Below, one piece after another: positions 35,428 through 43,425 of a stretch of DNA of 52,371 nt. The DNA lies in IMG/VR virus record IMGVR_UViG_3300033402_000479, positions 1 to 52,371 of that record; one strand, 5' to 3'. The translations under genes were made by a program, and so were the position numbers. The notes beneath the pieces are model-generated. The model saw nothing but the letters and a program-made list of their open reading frames with translations. It made no database searches and was not told where the DNA came from. Each line of letters begins with the position of its first letter. Within the stretch, counting starts at the first letter, position 1. The DNA is from a virus. Lineage: Duplodnaviria > Caudoviricetes.

Positions 35428-35729
35428 GGATTCGTAGTAAATTCGCACGTCGTCGTTTCGTTCACGTCGTCGTCGAGCCACTGGTAGCAGCTCCCGTCCA
35501 CCGATTCGACCTTTGAGAGCATGGTGGAGCTGTCGAGCCATTGCGTCGTCATGTATTTCCCGGCGGCGTTGTCGAGGAATTGCATGTCCACCTTGTCGGG
35601 CCTAATCGCATCCTGCGTCATCGAGAAACAGACGTTCGATGTCGGCGTGACTATCTGGTTCACGGCGCACACCTGCCCCGCGATGAGTTGGAAGACGAGG
35701 GGGACGGCGGCGGTCACGAGGATGTTCAT
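35424..35729 (-). CDS. Hypothetical, possibly exported protein
   Basis: Hydrophobic N-terminus MNILVTAAVPLVFQLIAG; ATGA-coupled. Confidence 0.5.
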   Translation of the reverse strand: MNILVTAAVPLVFQLIAGQVCAVNQIVTPTSNVCFSMTQDAIRPDKVDMQFLDNAAGKYMTTQWLDSSTMLSKVESVDGSCYQWLDDDVNETTTCEFTTNP

Positions 35730-35887
35730 GGTCTTCGTTCGGTTTGATTTTTCTTCACCCGTCCGTTCCTCTTGTCCAGCCGTTTGAGGCAGTTTGCGCA
35801 CCGGAAGGTGACGACATGCGAAACGGGATGGCCCGTAATCGCCATCCGGCAACCGCAACATTGGGATTTAATTGGTTTTATGTTCAT
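35726..35887 (-). CDS. 53-aa Zn-ribbon protein (not in ORF track)
   Basis: MNIKPIKSQCCGC..FRCANC; ATGA-coupled on both sides. Confidence 0.55.
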   Translation of the reverse strand: MNIKPIKSQCCGCRMAITGHPVSHVVTFRCANCLKRLDKRNGRVKKNQTERRP

Positions 35888-36327
35888 GCGAACAGTGCGT
35901 TGGTTTGTTTCGGCACCTCGACTGGTTGCACCTCATAGGCGAATTTCTGCTCGAAGAACGGAATCCTGCCCTTCAGATCGTCGATGTGGACAAGCTCCGC
36001 CGAGTGGTCCTGCACGCGGTTGCGGAACGTCTTGACCTTGAGGGGCACGCTTATCTCCCCCCGCAAAAACATTCCGCCCCTCCGCGTGATGCACCAATAG
36101 CCGGCCCTGCCGTCCACCTTCGCCACCAGGCCGTGAAACCTGAGCTTGGTGAAGTTGCAAAAGGCGTTGACGGACAGATGCAAATCGTTCTGGAGATGGA
36201 ATTCGTTCCTGCCGTTGGCGTGGACGAATTGGATGGCGGCGATGAGCACGCTCACCAATCCGCCGTTCAGCGTGTGCCAGTACGCCTTCACGCTCGCCCC
36301 GCATGTGGGACAGTGTTCGTCGTTCAT
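35884..36327 (-). CDS. Zn-finger / winged-helix-like protein
   Basis: CPTCG; KLRFHGLV..GYWCITRRGGMFLRG. Confidence 0.65.
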   Translation of the reverse strand: MNDEHCPTCGASVKAYWHTLNGGLVSVLIAAIQFVHANGRNEFHLQNDLHLSVNAFCNFTKLRFHGLVAKVDGRAGYWCITRRGGMFLRGEISVPLKVKTFRNRVQDHSAELVHIDDLKGRIPFFEQKFAYEVQPVEVPKQTNALFA

Positions 36328-36509
36328 GGAAATAAATGATGTTCACTATGCCATCGGACGGTGTGTTTACATTTGCCGCTGTAGTGCGTACGTTTGCATT
36401 TTGGGCACGTACCTTTCGCGCGGCACATATTTACGCACCGTGGAAAGCGACACTTCATGTGAGGCTGGAGATGGTGAGCTGAGCAGTCAATTTTTGACAG
36501 GTCTCTCAT
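36324..36509 (-). CDS. Small Cys/His-rich protein
   Basis: Many Cys/His; ATGA-coupled. Confidence 0.5.
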   Translation of the reverse strand: MRDLSKIDCSAHHLQPHMKCRFPRCVNMCRAKGTCPKCKRTHYSGKCKHTVRWHSEHHLFP

Positions 36510-36512
36510 GGA

Positions 36513-37013
36513 TCAAAACGGTATTTCAGCCGGGTTTATCTCGCCCTTTGGCTCTCCCCCGAAAAGGTCGGTCATGCCGCGCCCCGTGTCCTCCTCGTCG
36601 CCGCCGACGGTGCGGGCTTCCGGTTTCGCTTCCTGCGCGGCCGGCGCCGCCTTCTCTGTCTTCGGTTCCGCTTTCTTCTCCCCCTGCGGACGCTGACCGA
36701 GCTGAAGGTTCTCGCAGATGATCTCCGTCATCCAACGCTTCACGTTCTGCTTGTCCGTCCATTCGCGCGTTTCGAGCCGCCCTTCGATGAGGCACTCGGA
36801 ACCCTTCTGCAGCCAGGTCGCGGCGACTTCCGCCTGCTTGCCCCAGATGACGACGTTGTGAAACTGGACGCTCTCCTGTTTGCCGTTGTCCTTGTCCGTC
36901 CACGTCCGATTCGTGGCGACGCGGATGGTCGTCACCGGCTGGCCGCCCGGCGTCGAACGAAGCTCCGGGTCTGCCGTGACGCGTCCGACGAGAATGACTT
37001 TGCAGTAATCCAT
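36513..37013 (-). CDS. ssb: Single-stranded DNA-binding protein
   Basis: KVILVGRVTADPELR, ATNR.W, KGS..IEGRL, acidic IPF tail. Confidence 0.95.
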   Translation of the reverse strand: MDYCKVILVGRVTADPELRSTPGGQPVTTIRVATNRTWTDKDNGKQESVQFHNVVIWGKQAEVAATWLQKGSECLIEGRLETREWTDKQNVKRWMTEIICENLQLGQRPQGEKKAEPKTEKAAPAAQEAKPEARTVGGDEEDTGRGMTDLFGGEPKGEINPAEIPF

Positions 37014-37026
37014 TGATGTGATGTGG

Positions 37027-37458
37027 TTATTTTGTTTTGAGAAGCTCGGGGTTCTCGTAGATGTTGCCGATGACCTCGATGTATAAAGCGTTCAGTGCTT
37101 CGGAAATCCCATTCGTCTCGGAATCGTATCCATCCAAGTCGAATGCCGGATATAGTCCATCATCGAAGTATTTGACGAGATACGTCTTTGCTGTCGCATC
37201 ATCCTGGAATTCCGACACTTTGACAATGTCGCCTTCGTAGATTTCGTTTCCCTTATGGTCTTTGAGGCCCGTGAACTGCATGGGCACGAACTTGTCGAGG
37301 GGATAGATTTTGCTCAACTTGGTCGATACGAAATGCACGTTGATGAATTCTCCCGTCGAAGGCAGGATGGTCATCTGGTCCGTGCCAAGCTCCTCGGCCG
37401 GAAACATGTGCTTTAGGCCCGTGTGCCATCCCCTGAATTTGATTTGTCGCATGCTCAT
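37027..37458 (-). CDS. YopX family protein
   Basis: RQIKFRGW, MQFTGLKD.KGNEIYEGDIV, EVIGNIYENPELL. Confidence 0.92.
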   Translation of the reverse strand: MSMRQIKFRGWHTGLKHMFPAEELGTDQMTILPSTGEFINVHFVSTKLSKIYPLDKFVPMQFTGLKDHKGNEIYEGDIVKVSEFQDDATAKTYLVKYFDDGLYPAFDLDGYDSETNGISEALNALYIEVIGNIYENPELLKTK

Positions 37459-37460
37459 GG

Positions 37461-38294
37461 TTATTTGAGTTTGTGTACGCCGACCAGCTTGTAGAGCTTC
37501 ACTTCTCCGTTCACCGTGTCGGTGAAGACAAAGAACGTTCCGTCGCTCACATAGCCGTGCTTTTCGAGGAACGCCTGATACCGCTTGTTGCTCTCCAGCT
37601 TCTCCTGCTCCTGTTTCGCCTTCAGCTCCGCCTCCGCCTTCTCCCGCTCTACCCGCTCTTCGGCCTCCTTCTTTTCGCGGGCCTCCCGTTCCTCCTTCTC
37701 CTTCTGCTCGCGTGCAAGCCGTTCGCGTTCGTCCTGCCGCGCCTTCTCCTCGCGCTCCCGCATCTCCTTCTCGCGTTCGAGCTGCGCCTTTTCCTCCGCA
37801 ACCCTTTGCTTCTCGCCCTCGATGTATAGGCGGTCCTTCTCGTTCTTGTCGGCGACGCGCTGATTGCAGTAGCCCTCGAACGCCGGACCGTCCATGTCGA
37901 GGAGAACATCATCGCCGGGGAACGGCAGACCGTCCGCGATGGCCTCTAGTTTGGCCATACGCGCGGGCAACAGCTCGACGCGGGCCTTGCGCTCGATGAT
38001 GTGGTCGGCCTCGTTGAGGAGCGTGTCGAGACGGTCCTCCGCCGGCTTTATGATCGCCACGAACTCCTTCTCCTTCTCGATGACCGCGTTGCGGAAGGCG
38101 TTGGCGTCGTCGCGCATCGCCTTGCCGGTCTTCGTTATGTCGTTGCGGACGTGGACGAGGTTGAGCTTCGCGGCCTTCACCCTGCCGTACTGCGCCTCGT
38201 CGAACGCGTCGGGAAGGTTGAGCGCCTTCGCCTCCTCCGCGAGCTTCGCCAGCTCCGCCTTCGTCGGACTGAATTTTTCAATTGACAGTTCCAT
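37461..38294 (-). CDS. Coiled-coil protein (DUF1351-like, recombination cluster)
   Basis: Long E/K/R-rich coiled coil next to exo/bet. Confidence 0.6.
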   Translation of the reverse strand: MELSIEKFSPTKAELAKLAEEAKALNLPDAFDEAQYGRVKAAKLNLVHVRNDITKTGKAMRDDANAFRNAVIEKEKEFVAIIKPAEDRLDTLLNEADHIIERKARVELLPARMAKLEAIADGLPFPGDDVLLDMDGPAFEGYCNQRVADKNEKDRLYIEGEKQRVAEEKAQLEREKEMREREEKARQDERERLAREQKEKEEREAREKKEAEERVEREKAEAELKAKQEQEKLESNKRYQAFLEKHGYVSDGTFFVFTDTVNGEVKLYKLVGVHKLK

Positions 38295-38538
38295 GTGTGA
38301 GTAATTTGATTAGGTTTCTTACGCCTCGACCTCCCAACTGCCGCTTCTGGTCGTAGAACTTCCCCGTCGTCGGCCAGTAGTCGTACGGTCCGACGCGGTA
38401 ATGGCTCGAACTGAAGCTGAGAACCCTGAACGGAATGCCTGCGTCCTGGAGCATCCTGACCGATGACTCCTCGTTCCGATGCCGCTTCGCTTGGCTGTCT
38501 TTCCGGATTGCCGCCCACATCTCTCCGTCTTCGCTCAT
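38278..38538 (-). CDS. Conserved phage hypothetical protein
   Basis: DYWPTTGK...RGVRNL motif. Confidence 0.7.
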   Translation of the reverse strand: MSEDGEMWAAIRKDSQAKRHRNEESSVRMLQDAGIPFRVLSFSSSHYRVGPYDYWPTTGKFYDQKRQLGGRGVRNLIKLLTHGTVN

Positions 38539-38540
38539 GG

Positions 38541-39191
38541 TCAGAAAGAAAGGCGGGTTACGATTTCGTTGACCTCGGCGATGACCTCTCGCTCGTAGGT
38601 GAGCATGGACTCTATCTCTGATTGCACCTCGGCCCGTGTGACCGTCAGCTCGAAGTAGTCCAGCTTGGCCTGCCTGCTGTCGGGGTCGGCGAACATCTGG
38701 AAGCGGGGGTCAAAGAAGATGAAATGCAATGTCTGGAGCTTGTCGTTCACGATGAAATACTGGAGCTTCTGGTATTCGTAGTCCGCCGGAATCTGCCTCG
38801 TGAGGAACGCCTCGATGTGCCGGGCGGACGAGAGGCACTTCGCCTCCACCGCCTCCGTCTCCGATATGACCCCGTCGGGCGACACCGCGATGTTCTCGTT
38901 GTCGTCGCGCGTCCAGATGACGAGCGAGGTGTCCACTTCGACGCCGGGATGCTCCAGCTTGAAGCGCTCGATGGCGTCCTTCTCAAGCCGGGCGCCGCGC
39001 TCCATCGCGGTCTCGTCGTCCTCGGGCGGAAGGCCCAGCTTCTCGGCGATCAGTTCGTAAAAGCCGATTTTCTTGCCGTTGCCGCGCTTGACGACAATAT
39101 CCTTGAGCCGCGAGCCCGTTATCTTCCCCCGCCGCAACGCGAGCCACTCCATCCTCCCCTCGCTGCCGTTATCGAAGGTTAGGGTCTTCAT
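38541..39191 (-). CDS. YqaJ / lambda-exonuclease family protein
   Basis: EWLALRRGKITGS, AMERG..LE, SPDG, EAKC, Q..Q. Confidence 0.9.
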   Translation of the reverse strand: MKTLTFDNGSEGRMEWLALRRGKITGSRLKDIVVKRGNGKKIGFYELIAEKLGLPPEDDETAMERGARLEKDAIERFKLEHPGVEVDTSLVIWTRDDNENIAVSPDGVISETEAVEAKCLSSARHIEAFLTRQIPADYEYQKLQYFIVNDKLQTLHFIFFDPRFQMFADPDSRQAKLDYFELTVTRAEVQSEIESMLTYEREVIAEVNEIVTRLSF

Positions 39192-39900
39192 TGACGTTCG
39201 GAATGGTCAGTTTCTCTTTCAGCGACTCTTTGAGCTGGTTGAGCGCGGTCTTCGCCTCGGCGGGAAGCCCCGCCCATGCGGTCTTCAATTCCTCAAGGTT
39301 CTTCGCCCCGTTGAGCTTCGCCTCGTACTCCGTCATGTCGTGGACGACTGCTGCGGGCTTTGCCACCGTGTCGCGCTCGATTTCCTCCTCGACGTAGTTC
39401 TGCGCCAGCTCCTCGGGGCACGCCTTGCGGAGCGCGTGCATCTCGGCGACCTTCGCTATCATCGTGCGCGGCTTCGTCACCCAGAGGTTCCGGTTGGTGC
39501 TGTATTCGTTGAAGTAGACCTTGGCCTTGAAGTCCCCGATGTGGCCGTTGGCGAACATCTTGTGGACGGTCATGGAGCACGCAAGGCCCAGATCCTTCGC
39601 GCCCTCCTTCTCCTGCGTGTAGACCGGCTCGTCCTCGCCGACGACGCCGCTCTTCGCGCCGATCTTGCGGGCGTAGTCAATCGAGGTGACCAGGCTGTAC
39701 GTGCTCCCGTAGGAAATCGCGTACACGTTCCGCTCCCTGAAGTCCTTGAAGTCGAAACCCCGGATGATGCCGTCCGTGATGGCCAGCTTCATGTTCTCCT
39801 CGGACAGCCCTTTGAAAGTCGTCTTGAGGAGCGCGTTGAAAACCTCGGGGTTCTCAAGCTCCTTCTTCACCTCCTCCTGAATGATGGTTATGTCTGACAT
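39169..39900 (-). CDS. bet: Bet/RecT-family ssDNA annealing protein
   Basis: W..KPRTMIAKVAE.HALRKA.P; paired with the exonuclease. Confidence 0.85.
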   Translation of the reverse strand: MSDITIIQEEVKKELENPEVFNALLKTTFKGLSEENMKLAITDGIIRGFDFKDFRERNVYAISYGSTYSLVTSIDYARKIGAKSGVVGEDEPVYTQEKEGAKDLGLACSMTVHKMFANGHIGDFKAKVYFNEYSTNRNLWVTKPRTMIAKVAEMHALRKACPEELAQNYVEEEIERDTVAKPAAVVHDMTEYEAKLNGAKNLEELKTAWAGLPAEAKTALNQLKESLKEKLTIPNVNEDPNLR

Positions 39901-39907
39901 TGATGGT

Positions 39908-40045
39908 TTATTGTGATTTTCTTGCCGGGCAGCTTCGACACTTCAACGTGACCTGCCCTTCCTCTTCTCCGCTGAAATCCTCTATCTCGAAATCGTGCGG
40001 CTCCTCGCCTCTCGCGCACGGGGAATCATATTCGTCGTCTGACAT
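39908..40045 (-). CDS. 45-aa acidic Zn-binding peptide (not in ORF track)
   Basis: MSDDEYDSPC..H..KCRSC; catcaATG leader. Confidence 0.5.
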   Translation of the reverse strand: MSDDEYDSPCARGEEPHDFEIEDFSGEEEGQVTLKCRSCPARKSQ

Positions 40046-40145
40046 TGATGTTTTGGATTCGTCCGGCCGCCATCGGGAACCTCATCAGTTTGACCGATGA
40101 CTGGAAGCCGGACGAATGATGACGTTGCTGTTTGACCTTTGCTGT

Positions 40146-40313
40146 TTACTGAAAGGCGAAATGAAAACCGACGACCAAGAGATATGCAACGACGGCTATG
40201 ATGATGCTTCCTGCGACCACCTTCACCGCCGCCCCGAGAAACGTGTCCCGCTTCACGATGCGACCCGAGATGGGGTCAACCATCATGCTCCACAAAAGCG
40301 ATTCCCGAATCAT
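40146..40313 (-). CDS. 55-aa TM protein (not in ORF track)
   Basis: MIRESLLWS...VVAGSIIIAVVAYLLVVGF; catcaATG leader. Confidence 0.5.
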   Translation of the reverse strand: MIRESLLWSMMVDPISGRIVKRDTFLGAAVKVVAGSIIIAVVAYLLVVGFHFAFQ

Positions 40314-40344
40314 TGATGTTTTGTGATTTGTTGTTTGCTGATTC

Positions 40345-40606
40345 GCTGGTGGTGGAGTCAGACGGCTTTCACGTCGTTGGGGTTGATAAAACCCTTGCGC
40401 ATCACCTTTGTTCTCATCCTTTCCTTGCGGTCAGGTAGGTGGGAGCCGGATTATCAATCGGCTCGCCTTTATCTTGGCGCGAGAGCATTGTGGTAGTTGA
40501 GGTAACGTTACCGGCCTCCCCATACGACTTTCCACTCCGTGTTTATCGCTTTCGAAGGCGACATTACCACGGTCAGCTCCTATTATTCCCCCATCAACGA
40601 ACCAGC
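40345..40606. ncRNA. Candidate ~260-nt structured ncRNA
   Basis: No credible ORF; at least six local hairpins enclosed by GCTGGT/ACCAGC; no family recognised. Confidence 0.4.
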
Positions 40607-40615
40607 TTCGACCTT

Positions 40616-40846
40616 TTAATGAATTTTGACCGCCAAGTCCTGAGATTTGTCGCGGTCTAGATACGCTTCACCAGTTATCGCAAGCATCGTCTCGCCGTTC
40701 CACACATAGAGTCCGTAGCAACCTTGGCAATAATATACGTCTTCATTGGTGCTCGCGCCCTCGTAGTAATAGCGAAGACCGTGCTTCGTACCGCAGTGGG
40801 AGCATCCCGAATCAGTCATCTCTATAGGGGCAGAAATCTGTTTCAT
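40616..40846 (-). CDS. Zn-ribbon protein
   Basis: CSHC..CQGC; first gene after the promoter at 40877-40904. Confidence 0.6.
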   Translation of the reverse strand: MKQISAPIEMTDSGCSHCGTKHGLRYYYEGASTNEDVYYCQGCYGLYVWNGETMLAITGEAYLDRDKSQDLAVKIH

Positions 40847-40876
40847 AAGTACTTGTTAGTTACGACCTTTGACCTA

Positions 40877-40904
40877 ACTATACACCTTGCTATACACGGG
40901 TCAA
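40877..40904 (-). promoter_or_regulatory. Sigma70-like early promoter
   Basis: TTGACC-N16-TATAGT. Confidence 0.65.
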
Positions 40905-41080
40905 GTGCATAACTTTCGCCCGTGTTTGCTCGCTTTTCTGCGGTACTTGCGAAATATCTGCCATACCCTCCCGCGCGAGATGCGGAAGGACTTGCCGATA
41001 TCCGCATAGGACAGACCCGCCCGCACCATCGTGTTTATCATGTCCGCCCTTTGTTCCGCCAACTCTCCGTTTAATCTCAT
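40901..41080 (-). CDS. Small HTH regulator, probably leaderless
   Basis: GLSYADIGKSFRISRGRVWQI HTH; TATAGT 7 nt before the ATG. Confidence 0.8.
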   Translation of the reverse strand: MRLNGELAEQRADMINTMVRAGLSYADIGKSFRISRGRVWQIFRKYRRKASKHGRKLCT

Positions 41081-41087
41081 GCCTTGA

Positions 41088-41115
41088 ACTATAGCGGTTG
41101 GTATACATAAGTCAA
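41088..41115 (-). promoter_or_regulatory. Sigma70-like promoter of the HTH gene
   Basis: TTGACT-N16-TATAGT-N7-ATG. Confidence 0.65.
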
Positions 41116-41212
41116 TGGTGCGAATTGTGCGCAACTTATCCACATCCTTCTCTTCTCACTTACAGGGAAACGTCTTAGTCTTAAGTCAGAACCTTATAAG
41201 GAGGGTTCTCAT

Positions 41213-41395
41213 ATGGCAGACAACCGCAAGGACGTTTTCGTGATTCAGAAGGACGGCGAAAAGAACTACTGGCACAGGTGCGGCTGCGGTTTCGTCAACC
41301 GCGACGGCAGCATCAATCTCAAACTGGATTTGTTTCCGGGCGTTCAGATTCAGGTGCGCGACCCGAAGGAGAAGGAGAATGGCGAACAGCACTAG
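41213..41395 (+). CDS. Small conserved plasmid/island protein
   Basis: KNYWHRCGCGFVNRDGSINLKLD; AGGAGG SD. Confidence 0.75.
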   Translation: MADNRKDVFVIQKDGEKNYWHRCGCGFVNRDGSINLKLDLFPGVQIQVRDPKEKENGEQH

Positions 41396-42398
41396 GCCGT
41401 ATCTCGACTTCAAGGACATCAAGGCGAGGGCGGACTTCCTGTCCGTCCTCGACCGTTACCGCGTGCAGGTGCGGCGGGTCAACGCCTCGCAGTTCAAGGC
41501 GGACTGCCCGCTCCCCTCGCACGGGAACAAACAGGAGCACGGCACGTTCGGCGTGAACACGGAGAAGGGCGTCTTCAAATGCTTCTCGGACTCCTGTCGC
41601 AAGGCGGGGAACGGGTCGCAGGGCAACGTCATCGACTTCGTGAAGCTGATGGACGGTTCGACGCCCTACGACGCCGCGGCGAAGCTCAATGACTGGTTTC
41701 CTGTTTACAACGGTGCGACGACTTCCAAAACGGGAACGCCGCAAAAGTCGTCAACCAACGGCGACGGAAAGGAGGCAACGGTGGAGCCGCACGACGGCAT
41801 GATGACCAGGGAGCTGTTCACCAAGATTGTGAACGACGCGGAACCCAACCGTCCGCTCGCCTTCACCTTGAAGGACGTGAACCCCGAGCATCCGATGATT
41901 CAGAGTCGGGGCATCTCCGTCGAAACGGCCAAACTCTACGGCGTGGGGTTCTTCCCCGGCAAGGGAAGCATGGCGAACCGCATCGTCTTTCCGCTGTACG
42001 AAGTGCTGCGGAATAACATCGACGGCACGAGCCAGACGGCGCTCGTGGGATACGCGGGACGGACGACGCTCGAAGTCGCGCCGGAGAATCCGAAGTGGAA
42101 ACTGCCGGCGGGGCTTCGCAAGAGCTTCGTCTACGGCCTCGACAAGTGCGACGCGCACAAGCCGCTCATCATCACGGAGTCGCTGTGGGCGCCGCTCTGG
42201 TTCCGCGAAAAGGGAATGCAGGCGGCGGCCCTGATGGGCACGGAGATGACGGCGGAACAGGAGGCGTGCCTCGCGCCGTTCAAGATTGTCTGGGTCTGCT
42301 TCGACAACGACGGAGCGGGGCAAGAAAAAAGCCGCCTAATCGTCGAACGGTTGAAGGCGGCCGGACACACGGTGTTCAAAGCTAACCTGCGAGAGTAG
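41379..42398 (+). CDS. CHC2 Zn-finger + TOPRIM primase (DnaG-like, no helicase)
   Basis: CPLPSH..FKCF..C, GNVIDFV, RIVFP, GYAGR, ITES, ALMG, FDNDGAG. Confidence 0.88.
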   Translation: MANSTRPYLDFKDIKARADFLSVLDRYRVQVRRVNASQFKADCPLPSHGNKQEHGTFGVNTEKGVFKCFSDSCRKAGNGSQGNVIDFVKLMDGSTPYDAAAKLNDWFPVYNGATTSKTGTPQKSSTNGDGKEATVEPHDGMMTRELFTKIVNDAEPNRPLAFTLKDVNPEHPMIQSRGISVETAKLYGVGFFPGKGSMANRIVFPLYEVLRNNIDGTSQTALVGYAGRTTLEVAPENPKWKLPAGLRKSFVYGLDKCDAHKPLIITESLWAPLWFREKGMQAAALMGTEMTAEQEACLAPFKIVWVCFDNDGAGQEKSRLIVERLKAAGHTVFKANLRE

Positions 42399-42588
42399 CA
42401 TCAGCCACGGATTCTTCCGTGGCTTTTTCTTTCGGCGGACGGCCCTTCTTCTTCGGCGGAACGAAGTCGAGCGTCGCCTGCCCGTATCCCAACGTCTCAA
42501 GGCGGGAATCTATCTCACCCCGCTCGCGGAGCAGGAGCGCTATCGCCTCCTGTCTCAACGACTCTGCCTTTTGAATCGCCTCCGACAT
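42382..42588 (-). CDS. Small coiled-coil protein with AT-hook-like KKGRPPK
   Basis: 68-aa ORF, purine-rich leader. Confidence 0.6.
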   Translation of the reverse strand: MSEAIQKAESLRQEAIALLLRERGEIDSRLETLGYGQATLDFVPPKKKGRPPKEKATEESVADATLAG

Positions 42589-42762
42589 CTACCACCACCC
42601 CTTCTTTTTCTGCGGCTCCTTGAACCGCTCGGGGATCGGCGGGTCTCTCTCGACGAACCGGCCCCTGTAGTCCCTGTCCTTCTTCGGCTTGTCGCCCGCA
42701 TAGGTCAGGTTCCACCGCCTCCCGCGTCCGCTTATCCTCTGCCTGCCGTGGAATATCGCCAT
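42589..42762 (-). CDS. 57-aa basic protein (not in ORF track)
   Basis: MAIFHGRQRISGRGRRW..; GAGGAGG SD; stop abuts the next ATG. Confidence 0.55.
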   Translation of the reverse strand: MAIFHGRQRISGRGRRWNLTYAGDKPKKDRDYRGRFVERDPPIPERFKEPQKKKGWW

Positions 42763-42848
42763 CGGCACCTCCTCGATTCGAGTATGCGGGTCACCGGTTG
42801 CGGAGTAAATGGGCCGCGCTCACTTCCATTCGCGCGATTCGCTGGATG

Positions 42849-43304
42849 TCACTGGAGTTTGAAAAAGCGGGCCGTCCCGTATCCCTGCATGAGATACGTC
42901 GAGGTGCAAGGGGGGAATGAGAACTTCTTCCCGAGGGCGTACGGGCCGCCGGGGGCGCCCTCGGTCGCGCACCAGAGCGCCAGCCATCCGTCCCTCCGGC
43001 TCGCCGCGTCGTCGGCCTGAATCCTGAACCGCCCCCACTCCTGCGGCATCGTCACGCGGGCGAAGCACCCCGTGTGGAACTCGTAGCGGAAATCGGTCCC
43101 CTTGAACTTCGTGAAGTCCTGCGGCGCGACCTCGTCCGAGCCGCACCAGCGTTCGTCGTATCCGGGGGGCGCGAGGGTCTCCGCCGTCTGGGGCGGCCTC
43201 GTCAGATGGTAGATTTGCGCCGCGATGCCGAGGCCGATCCATACGGCGATGCAGAGCACGACTATCTTCACGGTCCGCCGGCGCCTGACGGTTCTCTCGT
43301 CCAT
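42849..43304 (-). CDS. Single-TM membrane protein, probably leaderless
   Basis: RRRRTVKIVVLCIAVWIGLGIAA; TACAAT 7 nt before the ATG. Confidence 0.65.
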   Translation of the reverse strand: MDERTVRRRRTVKIVVLCIAVWIGLGIAAQIYHLTRPPQTAETLAPPGYDERWCGSDEVAPQDFTKFKGTDFRYEFHTGCFARVTMPQEWGRFRIQADDAASRRDGWLALWCATEGAPGGPYALGKKFSFPPCTSTYLMQGYGTARFFKLQ

Positions 43305-43425
43305 GCCCCGCATTGTATCCCCAAGCACCTTGGGCGGCGCGGGCGGGAGAGAAAAGAGCGTAAATCGAAGCGGACACGAAAAAGGCCGGAAGCCGTGATT
43401 GACCTCCGGCCTTGTCATAACCGTC

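Noticed and set aside
40345-40606. tmRNA, RNase P RNA or tRNA identity for the structured region
   Set aside because: No T-loop GTTCRA before the ACCA, no tag ORF, no complete P4 consensus; kept only as an unknown RNA candidate
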